Positions 11,301 to 24,933 of a stretch of DNA of 64,000 bases are shown in pieces. The notes below the pieces were generated by a model. That model had not been told where the DNA came from, did not search any database, and saw only the letters and a list, made by a program, of their open reading frames with translations. A program made the translations under genes and the position numbers. This DNA comes from Felis catus (taxonomy: Eukaryota): contig NC_058378.1 in assembly GCF_018350175.1 (NCBI RefSeq), forward strand, positions 70,804,001 through 70,868,000, written 5' to 3'. Numbering within the stretch: position 1 is the first letter of the stretch; every line of letters starts with the position of its first letter.

Positions 11301-13329
11301 CTCCTGAATTACTGTTCTTTGTGCTCCTGTGTTCTTGGAGCTACTCCCCTCCAGTGAGCTAGTTCATTGCTGTTTCCCAGGTTAGTTACAGCCCCCAACC
11401 AGACCGTGAATTCTCCAAGAAAGGACACTGTCTGTCTCCTGCACTTCACCTGACCCAGGCGGGATAGTTCTGAGCCCCTTGTAGGTAGTGGGTGAAGGTT
11501 TGGTGATTGATCCGCGTGCCTCCATACAATCCCTGCACTTAAACCTGCCCAGTCGGCTCAGCAGCACACACGGCATTGCACACAGTGGGCAATTTGGCTT
11601 CCAATTACACCTCTGCCCCCCAAATGAGAGTGGCCCTGGACGAGCAGCTTAGCCTCCCTGGGCCTCTTTACCTCTCCCGTAATTTGAAGATTTTAGCCAC
11701 AGGATCTCTCCAGAGATTTCCTGCAATGAAATGCTACACTTGTAAATATGACTTCTAATAAAGGCATCGATGTGACTTAGGGCCCCAAACCTGTGAGGAG
11801 GGCCCAGAGACGAAAACAGAATCTGCACACCCCAGCCTCTGAAAAGAACCATCAGGTACGGGGCCAGGGAACCACTGCTGCACTTCCTAAGAAACGGCAG
11901 ACTCTTCCTCCCTCTTCCCACATTCGGTCCACGAAGGGCATGGGAAGTGGCAATGCCGCTGTGGTCTTTGGTCTTTGGGGAGGCCCAACATCTGGGAAAA
12001 GCGGTTCCCTTCCAGCCTCGTCAGGGGGGAGAGAAGAGTGCTTCTCTCTGTGGGGGTCCGACCTAAGCCAGCTTGACGGTTCACAATTGCAGGGTGGTTT
12101 TCTCAGGTAATATCGGTAGCTCCCGACAGTTTGAGGTAGGAGGGCGTGAAGAGTCTCTCACTTCACAATCTAGAAGTACCAGTCAAATTCTGAGGTGCTC
12201 ACTAACTTTTATAAGCAAGCAGGCATAACAGAACAAAGCAAAACAGTCATCCAACCCGCCTGCAAACTTGATAAAGTTTGCACTCTGTCCTTGGCTTCCC
12301 TTGGGGCAAATGTGAGAGTATTCTACTGATGAGTCTCAGCCAGCTGTCCAGTTCTCACTAAGACCCCTATGGTCAGGGGCGAAACAGGTGGGTGGATCTT
12401 AGGCTCAAGATGGCGATCCAGAAGGAATAGGCCGTCGAACTTTCTCGGCTCTGTCACTCTATTTGTGCAAGGGCAGAGGTGCCCATACACCATTTCTAGC
12501 CAATTGATTCACATATTTGAACGCCACGCATATCAGCAACGTAAGAATCATTTCCAAACATTCCCATGCTCATGAATAAACCTGTTAGTGTTGAGTTGAG
12601 GTAAAAGTATTTCTATCTGTCAAACTCCTGGCGGAAAACGGATGGCACGCTCAAACGAGGTGATGGGAGAAAAGTTTAAGAAGGGACCTGTTGCAAAGGA
12701 GAGGTCAGAGTCAAAGCCACAGCAAAAGGAGGCACCCCAGGGTGCTCGCAGCTGTACGAGGCTTTGCCATCCTTGTCCTGAGCCTCAAGGGACACGAGAA
12801 GAGTGTCTCAGAACCCGGAGGGAGCGGTAGCTGACCACAGGTTTGCTCAACGGCAGCTGCAGCCTTCGGTAAAGGAAAGGGGGCACCACCAATCTGCAAC
12901 CCCGAGGGTTTGCCTGGGCTGTGGGTGGGGAAGAGGAATAAATACCCCAGCCTCTCCCTCTTTCCAGCCTGCAATCTCCTGCCGTACCTTCCACCAGCTG
13001 AACCTTATAGGAAGCCAGAGGCAGGGAGGATGAGTAATTGCCTTTCATGAAGGTCAGCTCTCAGGGCCTACACACGGCAGGGTGGAGGATGGAGAATGTA
13101 TCTGGAGGTCATCTAGCATAACAGGTGAAAGCTTGTAGTGACCTTTAGAGTTTTCAAATGCAAACTCACCACTGCTAGAGTGTGGGTTCCTAGTTCGTGT
13201 ACTCAGAGTGTCGACTAGCTTCCCGGAGTTTAACACCGACGATGTATATATCATGTTGGGTATGGTAGTGTTTGAAAGTAAATTACAGGTAGTATAACAT
13301 CCTCCCTGAAGTCAGGCATCCTTGCAAAT

Positions 13330-14180
13330 TGAGGGTACCTGCAAAGTGCAGAGACTGGCATGTCATTCTCCAATTGGATATCTGTCGCGGCAGCTGACTT
13401 GGTGATCTGTCCTCAACAGCCGACCTCCTAGAACAGCCTTCTTAAGAGACAGCTGAGTGTCAACTCAGAAGAAGCCCTCAGAAAAAAGTGGTGTGCATCC
13501 TTTAGGATGCAGTATGTTTATCAAGTCAGAGACTCCTGTATGGCATTATGTCTCCAGAAGGAAGGCTACGCGAGTTTAGAAACCAGGGTGGGTAGAGGCA
13601 GCAGTGGCCCCACTTGCCATCACTCCTGATGACCCACTGGGGATCTTGAGCTTCCTGCCGCTGCAACTCTGGACTCTGCCTGGTTGAAGATCCTGGTCTC
13701 CCAAAGGGACCCACTCTTGGTAGGGAGCACAGCAAGGGCCCCTTTAGACTATAATTTATGACTGCCATCAGTGTGCTTTGAACTCATGCCCAAGGATCAG
13801 CAGGAGAAGACAGAAATCATTATACTGGCAGGGGCTATTGAGATTGATAATCCAGAGAACAGAGAGCTGCTTTTATACGATGGGGGCAGAGAAGAATTTG
13901 TGTGAATCCAGGCCATCCACTTGGGTACCACCTGGGACTCCTTTGCCTCCCTGTAACTACAAGTAGACACGAGCACCAACCCAAGCCTGAAAAGGGCATG
14001 TTATCAAGGATTTAGGCATCCCCAGGAATGGCGGTTTGGGTCGTACCACTAAGTGAGCCACCAAGACCTGCCAAGGTGAGAGCAGAAGGTAAGAGGCATT
14101 TAGAATGGAGAGAGGAGAAGGAGAAGATGGGTACCGATTGTGTCCAATGTCAAGTGCATTGAGTTGACTGTGAGAATGTG
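13330..14180 (+). mobile_element. Decayed ERV-L-class internal segment (integrase C-terminus plus dUTPase; ERV3-16A3/ERVL-like)
   Basis: 13684-13905 translates LKILVSQRDPLLVGSTARAPLDYNL*LPSVCFELMPKDQQEKTEIIILAGAIEIDNPENRELLLYDGGREEFV*, collinear with the recalled ERV-L pol 3' region. Upstream pieces read IL*DAVCLSSQRLLYGIMSP and VAPLAITPDDPLG. Stops and frameshifts throughout. Confidence 0.75.
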
Positions 14181-14189
14181 TCAGTAGAC

Positions 14190-14530
14190 CTCAAACTACA
14201 GGGAGTGAAATCAACCTAGGGCCCCAGCTGCCACCCCTGAAATCCACAGCTGGCCTTTCACAGAGGCCAGTGGTGGAGATTCTAAGTTGGCTCCCTTTCT
14301 TAAAGACATGAGACTCCTCTCCCAGCCAGTTTTGGCTGTCCCACCCCAACAGCCTTGTGAACCTGCCTTGGCCCGCACAGCAGTCCAGGATGCTTCCACT
14401 CAGATCAGACCTGCCTTGTGGTCTTCTCCAGCTCCCTCCTCATTTTCCCACACACAGGTGTGTTCTTTAATAGTATACTGGCATATCGAATTCTGTCTTG
14501 CAGACTGCTTATTAGGGGACCAGACCAACA
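14190..14530 (+). mobile_element. ERVL LTR (LTR16/LTR33-like), probable 3' LTR of the adjacent internal segment
   Basis: Ends attctgtcttgcagactgcttattaggggaccagaccaaca, resembling the LTR16-family 3' end, and follows the ERV-L internal segment. Confidence 0.55.
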
Positions 14531-16446
14531 TAGTGACCACAAAGCCTTAGGTAAAGCCCTTCCTGCCTTCGGGTCTCACTGTCTCCTACTATGAAGTAAG
14601 GATGCCCTCTAAAGTTCCATTTTGCCCCTAGTTTAGCTGGTCCAAAGGCTGGCCCAGAGGGACATTATAGCCAGGGCTGGGCATGGCCCTCTGGGTGAGC
14701 CAACTCTCTTAAGCCTCATTCTGAAGATTCCAGACCCTGATCTAGAGCAGAGTATGTGCATAAAGACCCTTCTGTCTTGTTATAGGATCTGTGCAGGGAC
14801 AGCAGCAAGGCTCTTTTCCATACTGTCTGCGTCAGTCTTTTCCATGCAGCCACTCACCGTGCCACTGGACCACAAGTCAACCCACGGCCACCAAGGGTCA
14901 TTGTGCTTCTACAAGCTCTAAGTAAAGCCTACAAGTGCCATACCTGGAGACAACTTCACCCTTAGAAACATACATTCCGACTCAAGGTCTAATGTCCTCT
15001 CTGCCCCAAGATAAAGAACCAAAATAAGTCTTGGGAAAACTGTGGTTTTTGCTGAATCGAGGCCTTCAAAAATTTTTTTTTCCACCCTGGGAAAAGTAGG
15101 CTCTCCCTTGCTACTTCCAGAACAAAGGGTAACTGGTCTTTGGAGGAGAAAAGACTTATGTTCAGCTCTATATCAAAATGTCTCCTAATCTCGAGATTCT
15201 ATCTGGGATAGCCTATATCTTCAAGCTTCAGTTCAAGTTCACGTCCTTTGGCTGCCCTTAACTCAGCATTTTCTCCATCGCTGACGCAGGGGGAAACATG
15301 TGCTTTGCTCTCAAAAAGAAAAAGAAAAACAAAAAAAAGAAGAAAAAGGAAGTTCACATCTCAGGGGTTGGGTTTTGTTCTAGATTAGGTACTGAATTCA
15401 GACACGTTGAGTTTCAATTAAGAAAGGCCATTTGGATTTTCTTTACCGGGCCGCCTCCCCCTCTCCTCCTCCTAGCACCGTCAGTCAGCAGGCCTGCATT
15501 TTATCTGCTTCCGTTTCAGTGGCTTTCTTCCTCCGCAGAATTGGGTCTGATACCAATAGAACCAACGCAAATGGCAGAGCACAGGCGTTATGGTGAACCG
15601 ATGTGTCACTCTATCATGGTTTGGGTACTTTTATTCCCCAAGAGGCCGCGTCATTCGGCAGGTGACAAACTTCTCAACGGAAGGAGAAGAGCTGCCCAAC
15701 TCAGAGAGCACCTCAAATATGGAAACCACAAGTGAAAACAGATGACAGGGGCTGAGGTGGGTTTTCCCAAAAGTCCTATGACCTTCGGCTTCCACTGAAG
15801 CCTTGAGCAATGCATTGACCACCAAGCCCCTGGAGGTGCAAAGGCGCCATTAGGCAGCGAAAGGTCCTGGGTACAGCTTACCCTCTCTGACTTTATCCCT
15901 TGACTGTATTTCTGCCTGCCTTCCCCCGCACAATTCAGTGCTGGGCTCTCAGTAAGTAGAATTATCAACCAGTGAGCTTCCGGTTTTGCTGTTTCACAGA
16001 CATACAGAACCCTAAATCTGAATAAGGGAGGCCTTATTCAAAGCAGTCACCCCGAAAGCGGCCCCCACCCCTGCTCCGTTTTTAAAAACAAGACTATAGT
16101 TGCTCCACATAATTTGAGCTTTCTTTCAGAACCACCTCGCAAGACAGTTCAAATAGCCTTGCAGGACATTGGGCTACAATGACTATACCACATCTCTGGG
16201 CAGTTTGTGAACCAGATTGTTACCCCCTTTGAAACTAGCACGTTTCTCTCATTGCTGCTTCATGGAAGGAATCATTCAATCTTCATGTTACCATTTATGT
16301 CACCATCAGGCAGTTACGCATGAGCTGCTGTGGTCTGTTTCTGGTAATAGGCCAGATTGGGTTATGCAGCAATTGATAACAAATACACCTACAGAGTGAG
16401 AGTGAGTTAGAAGTCAATGCAGCCCACCGCCCACCCCCCAGCTCTC

Positions 16447-16980
16447 TGTTGGGAGACAATTCTGCATGGGTCTCTTATATTTCTGCACATCTTGTGAGCG
16501 CGACCACTAACTAGCTTCATTCTGGATTATTTTTTCAAGGACGTTTGCATAACCAGCAGCCTGAGAAGACGTGGTTTCTCCCTCCTGAGGAAAGAACAGA
16601 TTTGCTTACTGTCTTGGAAAATAGAGATGGTGTCTCCCCAGAATAAAGACAGGCAGACTTGTGATCTGGCATAATAAAGGTACTGTCTCCTTGTCAAGCC
16701 AGAGGCATGCCTGTTTACTGACCGATATAAAAGATTCGGCTCACTGACCTCAAGGTTTCGTTCCTATAATGAAACCCACTGTGTGTGCGGGTATTATTTG
16801 GTCCTCGTCGCATCCTTGTGGGAATTGGGGTGCAGGGAACCCTACACAAGTGCTCTGGCCACTGATGCTGCTGTGAGACATAAACATTCGTCTCGGACCT
16901 GGCAATCTTACGCCTTCCGCCGACATCGAGGAAACTGGCGGGCTGACCTGTGGGTAAAATGTCCTGCATGGTTTTTGACA
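16447..16980 (+). mobile_element. Solo LTR (MER76-like)
   Basis: TG...CA termini (tgttgggagacaattc...gtttttgaca), flanking direct repeat tctc, internal tataaaa (~16726) and three degenerate internal repeats (16560-16715). Family name from memory. Confidence 0.75.
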
Positions 16981-17080
16981 TCTCTGTTCCTGCAAGGAAT
17001 GCTGTCTTGGTGCTAAGCAAAGCAGGCTGGAGAAAGGGAACAAGAGAAATTGTAATAACAGGCCAGTCCTATTTGGAGCC

Positions 17081-17497
17081 TGTATCGGTTTCCTGTAGCT
17101 TCCGTAACAAAGATCACCAACCAGGGGCTTGAAACAACAGAAATTCGTGCTCCCGCAGCTCTGGAGGCCAACAACCTGAAATCAAGGTGTTATCAGGGCC
17201 GTGCTCCCTCCAAAGGCTCTAGGGGAGATTCTGTTCTTTCGCTCTTCTCCCTCCTGGCTTTTGACATTCCTTAGCTCTGACTCCTCTACTCTGTGCATCT
17301 TTCCTCTGTGTGCCTCTTATGAGGACCCTTGTCACTGGATTTAGAACCCACCTAGATAACCCAGGATGATCGCAGCTCAAGATCCTTACCTTAATTACAT
17401 CTGCAGTGATCCTTTTTCCCAATAAGGCAACATTAATAAATTCTGTGGGTTAAGAAGTAGGCATGTCTTTTTGAGGGATACCATCCAGCCCATAACA
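17081..17497 (-). mobile_element. MaLR solo LTR (MLT1B/C-like)
   Basis: tgtatcggtttcctgtagct...ggcttgaaacaacagaaatt...cttaattacatctgca...cagcccataaca. Confidence 0.85.
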
Positions 17498-18023
17498 TGA
17501 GCCCAAATTCACATCACCTGGATGGTCAAAAAAAATCTGAAGCTTCTAATATAATTTAAAGAGGTTCTGAACTGGTAGAGTTTTTAAGTGCCTGGCAGAA
17601 GCAAACACAAATCCTCTTTGAAAAAAATGCCTCTCCAACCTAGGTCTCAAAACAGTCCTACAAATAATTTCCCAAGGAAAATGAGCAGGTCGTGGTAAAA
17701 TAAATAAGTAAATAAATAAATAAGCAAGTTGCAAGAAAACAAGGCACCGTGAAAGAAAACAGAAAAAGATTTACATGGGCTATTCTAGGAAAAAGGTGTT
17801 GCAATGTAACTAAAATACTAATAACCAAAATAACCTCCCCACCCAGCTACTGGCATTTTTAACCAGGGACCCAATGCTTCCCTAGAGATCTGTGGCTGGG
17901 TCTCAGGGATGGCTGAATATCCTTTGCTGTTTTGTGCAGACATTTTTCTATGCGTATATATTTTTTTCTTGGGAGAGAATTCATAGATTTCATGAACTTG
18001 TGATTAAATTTTAAAACAGTATC

Positions 18024-18252
18024 GGGGCGCCTGGGTGGCTCCGTCGGTTAAGCCTCTGACTTCAGCTCAGGTCGCGATCTCACGGTCCGTGAGTTCGAGC
18101 CCCGCGTCGGGCTCTGGGCTGATGGCTCAGAGCCTGGAGCCTGCTTCCGATTCTGTGTCTCCCTCTCTCTCTCTGCCCCTCCCCCGTTCATGCTCTGTCT
18201 CTCTCTGTCTCAAAAATAAATAATAAAACGTTAAAAAAAAAATTAAAAAAAT
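18024..18252 (+). mobile_element. Can-SINE (SINEC_Fc-like, young)
   Basis: Full length, with A/B boxes, (CT)n and AATAAA. TSD ttttaaaacagtatc (18009-18023, 18253-18267). Confidence 0.97.
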
Positions 18253-18959
18253 TTTTAAAACAGTATCTAACCCAGGAACAATTTTAGATCTATTCCAGGT
18301 CCACCATGCACCAAGTAGAAGCTAAAGGCACTTTGGAAGATGTTGAAGATGAGTTACTGCCTTCCAGGAAGAACTTTTAAATCATAGAAAGTAAGATGCT
18401 ATGAAATTCGAAATTATGTCTATTCTTATCACGGTCATTCCTCATTGAGGATGAGTTTCTCGGTGACATGGGGATCATGAAAATCCCACTCGGGATTTCC
18501 AGAAGACCAGCACTATCAATCTTGGAATTAACATAATAGTAGAGATTGTTGGTTATGAAAGGGATGCAAAAGAAGTTTTGCATCCTGAAAGAATTTTTGT
18601 TTGAAATCAATACATGAAATCAACCTTAGGAAAACAATGCTACAGTAACAGTGTTTTCACTTTTAGGTCCTGCTCATTTCCTCCTTCCTACCTTCTTCCA
18701 TGTTATTTCACTTGGAAGGCTTTCCCTCATCCCACCCTTTATCTTTTCATAGCCCATCCCTCTTCAAAGTCAAGTTCAATCCTCATTATGAAGTCTCAAG
18801 CCTCCACGAAGTCTTTTCCAGATTCTTGGGCCAGTGCTGCTGGCTGGCTTACTTGCTAGCTTTCTGTCTCTCTTTCTTTGTCTCTCTTTCCCTTGAATGC
18901 CCATAGCTTTCAGAGTTTTGCTCATTTCACAAATATTTCATTTAAATGCCAGATTTAGC

Positions 18960-19450
18960 ATTTGTTTTAATTCAAAACTCCCTTGGTTGCATAAGAAAGT
19001 CCACTTAAATTAGCTTAAGCAAAGAGAGGAAGAGGGAAGAGAAAGAGAAAAGAAGAGAGAGAGAGAGAAATGGGGAGAAAGAATTTATTGGACCTCTGAA
19101 CCAAATACCAGGAAGAACAAGAACAAGGGTGGAGCCCACCTTAGGCTTTTAGGAGCCAGAGCTGTCGAGCTTCCTTCTCAGTGTCTTGTCCCCACTTCTG
19201 TATTTTATTCTTTCCACCACACGATGGAGGACATGGCTGCCGGCAACAGAAACTCATAACCCAGCAGCTCCGTGATCAGAGACAACAAAGGGTCTGCTCC
19301 CTTTCAGAGCCATTGTTAAAAATTTCAAAGAAGAACTCTTACTGACTCTGTTGTGTCACACGTTCACCTTTGACTCAATCATTATGGCGAGGGAGTTGAG
19401 GTCCAATGATGAACCTATCCTGGGTCACGCAAACTCTGCTGTGGCCTGAG
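18960..19450 (-). mobile_element. Old MaLR LTR (MLT1K/L-like) containing a GA-rich tract
   Basis: aactcccttggttgcataagaaag...ttagcttaagcaaag...gaatttattgg...atggctgccggcaac; highly diverged. Confidence 0.45.
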
Positions 19451-21109
19451 ATGTCTCTTATAAGAAGGGAGGCAGGGTCGTTAGACGGCAAGAACATATC
19501 CTATACTGGTTAATATTGACCTGCCTTTAAGTCTTATGTAACTGTAATAAGCTCTTTAGAGAGTTTGTCTTATTTTACGAGAGAAGTCAAACATTGCCTT
19601 TCATACTTACTCCATTCTTTGAGAAACTGCCTGGTCCACAGACCCTACTGCCTAGGAGCCTCCATTTTGAACCAGCTGATACTGACCTCTATCCTCCACC
19701 TCAGCTGATGATCAAAGTGGACATCAGACCCAAGGACAGTCCATCTTCTGGCAGGCTCAAGACATATGACCTAGTACAAACGGATGACCTAGCTAATTGG
19801 TTTTCTCTCCCTCTGCCTTCCTCCCTCCCTTCCTTGCAAGAATTTGAGCTAATAAATTAGGCTACCCTAGTTTATTAACTGACTTGGTCAGCTAGTGGTG
19901 GAAGCTAAAACCCAAAGGTCAAAATGGAGAAGAGGTTGAAAAGATCGTGATGGGTGCGATCCAGAGATATGGGGGAAAACTCTGGAAGAGCAGAGGCACC
20001 AGAGGAACCAGTTGAGAGCAGGCCTGATAGAAGCAGGCACACAGAGTTAGCTGGTCATTGAAATGGTGGAGCATAAAGTGAAGACCCATGAACTCACTGA
20101 ACAAAAATACAAGAAGGACTTCCTTTGGGCCACACTTTGGGTTGCTTACGGGGACACAGCTGTGAGTAAGATGAATGCCTTTCTTATACCTTAGCAGGAG
20201 GGCAGAGCTCAGTAAAAAGCACACAGTACACACATTTCCAGGGAGAGGTATGAGGAGGAAGAAACCTGCCGTTGGCATGCCTAGCAGGAACGCACAGTCA
20301 TCTCCCCTCTCCATTCTCTGTGACACTCAGTGCTCAGAGCCCTGTTCTTGGATGTCCGTGAAATTTTGCCAGAGGAATCCTTATCTGAGCTCAGCTGAAT
20401 AGGTCTCTGTTACATGCAATAAAGACAGTCTCCTCTTCTATTCTTTACCTCCAGCAGCACAGGAAGAAGTCAATAATTATGGGCTGTTGGGTGGTTTGAA
20501 GCAGCGCAAATTGACTTCATACAAAGGCCTACTCCCTGGAATCTTGGGCACAGGCAATTTTACGGAGACGGAAGGGGAAGGACTTCTAGTTGCATCAGCT
20601 TGCTGCCCCAGCTTCTGCCCCAGTGCACAAATTCTAACACCACGACATCCTATCCATTCAGGGCTCTTGGGCTGTTACAAGTCCAAAACTATTTTGTGGG
20701 CCTTGGTCTTTCTAGAATATGAATTAGAAAGACCAGGATTTCCAGTGGCATGCATGCTACGTGCTCAAACGGGGAAAAGATGAGCTGAGGTCAAAGAAAA
20801 GCTCCCGAATGGGACATGGCCCAGTGACAACAGAGAAGTGCGTGTAGCCCTTTGGGGTGCAGGGATGGGGGGGCGCTCACGCTACTGTCACCTTCGGGCA
20901 CTAAGGCAGACTGCAGTGGATGCATGCTATTTCTGCCCGTGTTGCTCCCAGCTACATGACCCAGTCAATTTCCAGCCCCCACCCCCACCCCCTTCCCACC
21001 CTCTCTGTGTGCTTATAAAGTAGCGCATATTGGTTTCTATCACTTGCTACCAAAAGAGTCAGGAAGGTTCGATTTGGTTCTGGCTCTGCCTTCAGGAATC
21101 ACACGCTTT

Positions 21110-21323
21110 AATTTTTTTTTTTTTTTAACGTTTATTTATTTTTGAGACAGAGACAGAGCATCAACGGGGGAGGGTCAGAGAGAGGGAGACACAGAATCCG
21201 AAACAGGCTCCAGGCTCTGAGCTGTCAGCACAGAGCCCGACGCGGGGCTCGAACTCCCGGACCGCGAGATCATGACCTGAGCCGAAGCCGGCCGCTTAAC
21301 CGACTGAGCCACCCAGGCGCCCC
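21110..21323 (-). mobile_element. Can-SINE (SINEC_Fc-like)
   Basis: Full antisense copy. TSD tcacacgctttaa / tcacatgccttaa. Confidence 0.97.
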
Positions 21324-23669
21324 TCACATGCCTTAACGAAGGAAGCCTAGGAGCCCTGTAAGTGGAAGATCCCATGGGATTAACAGAGGCTGACTTCCTT
21401 ACGGAGAGAGTCTTACCCAGATGCCATTGGCCTACGCGTGAACGTGGAGCCTGCGCAGGCTCTCTAGACCACATGTTGACTTAAGATTAAGTTGCAATGG
21501 TATACTCTACCTAAGAGCTATTTTGATTGAAAGAACAAACTAAAAAATAATTATTATTATCATAGCTCATTTCCTTCACTGAGTTATACCTTTCTGTGAA
21601 GGCGAACTTGAAAACAAGAATCTCCCTTTTGTGTGCAAATGGAAATGCGATCCGAGAATAGTGCACACTATGGGTCACAGCTTTTGGCATTTCCCCGTTC
21701 GCGGCCTTTATGGCTCTCAAAAGAACAGGGCGCTCACATTTTTCTTTGTTTACATCACAATCCCTTTATCAGTGGTTTCCTTTAAAAAAAAAAAAAAAAG
21801 ATGTCATTCGGTTTTCTTTATCTGTTTTTAAAGAGCCCCGTTCATCTCAAAAACAGCTTGCCACTCTGCTGACCACGAAGGTTCCACCCTTGCTAGCATG
21901 GTCCAACCTCGCGTTAGCTCCTGGGTGTCTTTCTCTCTCTGGCCTCCCCAGGCATTTTCACGTGGACAGAGCGTGAAGGGCCAGGCCCTTAGGAAGCCAC
22001 ACAGACGCTCTGACGCACCGTCTTGCAAAATTTCCCAGGGACCCATGCGGAGTGAAAAGTCCAACCCTCATTCTAGCCTGCATGAAAGAGCCCAGCGGTC
22101 GAGGACAGTGACCCGCGTGCCCTGGACGACCCCTCCTGTGACCAGGAAAGGCCCTTTTCTGTAAGAACTGCAGGGGCCGCCGGGGGAAATGCTTGTCCGG
22201 CCTCCTGGGGAACCCACAGCCCAGGTCTCTTGCCTGCTGCTGAGCGGGGCCGGAAGTCCAAAGGGAGCCTGTTCCAACTCCACCGCCAGGCCACTCGAGG
22301 CCTGCAAAGCCATTCCAGTGCTCCATGGAAGAACATAGAGCGGCCATTGTCATGGAAAATTCGCCTGGGCAAAGCCCCAGAGAACATACTGCTGGATGTC
22401 ATCCTGTTCCCCCTGCGCAAGGGCATGTGTTAGCGTTTTCCCAGGTTCACACTATCCATCTCCTACTTTTAATCTCCCCCATCCCTGCCCTGGTTTCATT
22501 GATCACCGTATTTTCTCCCCGACGCACCCAGGAGAGGCAAAGCTCCTCTGGTGGCCGTGAAGGGCAGGGACAATCCGAGGACGGAATCCAGCCGCCTCCT
22601 ATCTGCCAATGCTCCATGGAAAGCACATCTCTGCACCAGGTCAGCCGACTGATCTGGCTCCCCTTCCAGGTTTGCCTCTCTCTCTCCATCAAATGTCTAC
22701 TTTGCCCAAGCTCCCCCTTCAGCCTGATAACACAGAATAAGGCCACTGTCTGGTTGTCCCCCTGAGGCCTCTCATGCAAAGCCAAGCCTGCTGACCTTCT
22801 GCCTAATACCTTCCTCATGGAAGGCTGCAGTTTCCCCCTCCATTCCTAGGCAAAACACGGACCTTGCCAACAGCAAATTGTTCTGACCCACGAGAGCCGG
22901 CTAGCGCCAGGACAACTTTTTTTGTAAGCCTCCCATCAATTACTTTTTATTTTCCAAGTGGGCCACGCCCTGTGGAGCAGGACTAGAGGCCGAACTAGGC
23001 TCAGGGACTGTCCTGGCAGGGTGCTGAAAGAAAAAAATCTAAGCTCTCCCCACCGGCTCCCCTACTGAGGGGGCCTCACCAGCCACGGCAAGGATTCATC
23101 TGAACGCTGTCACGTGCTGGCATCTCAGGCTGAATTTTCCAGGACACAAAGGCATGAGGTGTTCCATCATCTTGATCATTTTTATGGCCGGTGGGGAGGT
23201 AGACGGGAACAAACAATTGGATGCACCGAGCTACGGAATAAATGAAACGGTAAAACACTCGTGATCAAGTAAGTCCTGGATCAAAGTAATTGGCTCTTAG
23301 GGATGAAAAAAAAAAAAAAAAAAAAAAACCAAAAGACTGGCTTTCCTCAAAATAAGAAAGGAAGGTGGAGGCTCCAGCAATGCGTGTAAAAGTGAGTCTT
23401 TCCCAGGCTTGAAGAAGCTCCCAATATTTCCCATTAACCGGCCGACGCTCAGGAAAAAGTGTCATCTGAGAAACTGACTGTGGGTTACAAACCAGGGGGA
23501 AATACTGGAAGGAAGTAAATGAAAGTATGCACACCAGTTTGTGCTATAATGATGGGATTACTGGGAGTTGTTTTCATTTCTCTGTTTTCCCAACTTGCTG
23601 TATACCATAATAATAATATTTTTTAGTTTCTTAGGAGAACACCCCCCCTTTTTTTTTAGCATGCTAGCC

Positions 23670-24441
23670 ACCCAAACACCCAGTTAAAAATTTAGCACTC
23701 ATCCTTGACTCCTTTGTCTTCCTCTGCTTAAATATCTCAACGCACGTGTGCTCTCTTCTCTGTCTCTACCTTCTGGTCCCTAGGGCCCACTCGGTGCCAA
23801 GTCAGCCCTCGATCTGGTCATTGACATCCTCCCCTAAATGGCTTCCCCACTGCTGGTCTCACTAAGCATCCCATTCATCCAAGAACAGCAGCCAGGGTGA
23901 CTTTCTAAAATAGAAACCCCGTCATGTCACATTCCTGCTTAACTTCTTCAACAGCTCCTCGTGGCCTCCAGGAGACAATTTAAATTCCTTTCTGTAACAT
24001 GCAGGGCTCTTCGAAAACAAACCTGCCCCGCTCTCCCACCTCAGCTCTCACTCCCCAACAACCTTCCCGGTGGCCACTACCATTGGGGGTCCTCCGGGTG
24101 TCTTGTCCCAACAATAGGCCTTTACCCAAGACATTGCCTTTGCCTGAAACGCCCCACCTCCCCCGTGGGCAGCCTCCCAGGCCTCCGTGGAGCTCAAGCA
24201 TCCCACGCTTCCTCACCCAAGGAAATGCCGACGGCCATGTACTCTTTGTCCTGACACCGAGCCTGTCCGCGTCACAACACTGGGCACACGGCTTCAGAGC
24301 TACTCGCGCCTGTATTTGTCTCTCTTGCTAGCATGTGGCCTCCGGGAGGGAAGGGACCCAGTCTGATTCCTTTCTGGATCCTCAGCACCTGGCTTCTATA
24401 ATACTTGGTAAAGGTGAGAAGTTTGGTAAATAATTGTTGAT
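23670..24441 (+). mobile_element. L2 3' region
   Basis: catccttgactcc...gcagccagggtgactttctaaaa...tcatgtcacattcctgcttaa...taaataattgttga. Confidence 0.7.
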
Positions 24442-24724
24442 TTCAGAAAAGGAGTCAGTCAAGGAATTAAAATGTGGTTTTCTGCCATAGTTGTCCTATT
24501 ATTTAGAACTGTGCATCCACTTTACCACAATTAGAAATTTTTTTAAAAAATGATATTGTCTAAAATACTCTAGAAAAGCCAAATCGTATCAAATGCCTAC
24601 TGGTTCCACTGCTTACATTCTCCTCCACTCCCCGTCCCAGCCCCGAGCCCCCTTCCACTGGCCGAGAGGTGTTTGCAAGGACAATACGAAAGGGAACCTA
24701 GAGGAGTTTTGTTGTCTGAGTTTT

Positions 24725-24933
24725 TCTCTTAAACGCTTATTTATTTATTTTGAGAGAGAGTGTGCACATACCCATGTGAGCAGGGGAGGGGCAGAGAGAG
24801 AAGGAGAAAGGGAAGCCCAAGCAGCTGTCAGCGAAGAGCTCAACACAAGGCTCCATCCCGCGAACCGTGAGATCATGACCTGAGCCAGAATCAAGAGTCG
24901 GGTGGTTAACCGACGGAGCCACCCAGGCGCCCC
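24725..24933 (-). mobile_element. Can-SINE (older feliform-type)
   Basis: Antisense copy. TSD ttgttgtctgagtttt / ttgatgtctgagtttt. Confidence 0.95.

Noticed and set aside
15298-15735. 145-aa ORF with a poly-lysine N-terminus
   Set aside because: The lysine run is an A-rich tract and the rest is unrecognisable.
18035-18223. Recurrent ORF family MAQSVKRPTSAQVMISRF... across the window
   Set aside because: Translations of Can-SINE copies, not a gene family.
18562-18585. Perfect 10-bp hairpin ggatgcaaaa-gaag-ttttgcatcc
   Set aside because: About one such stem is expected by chance in 64 kb; no supporting context.
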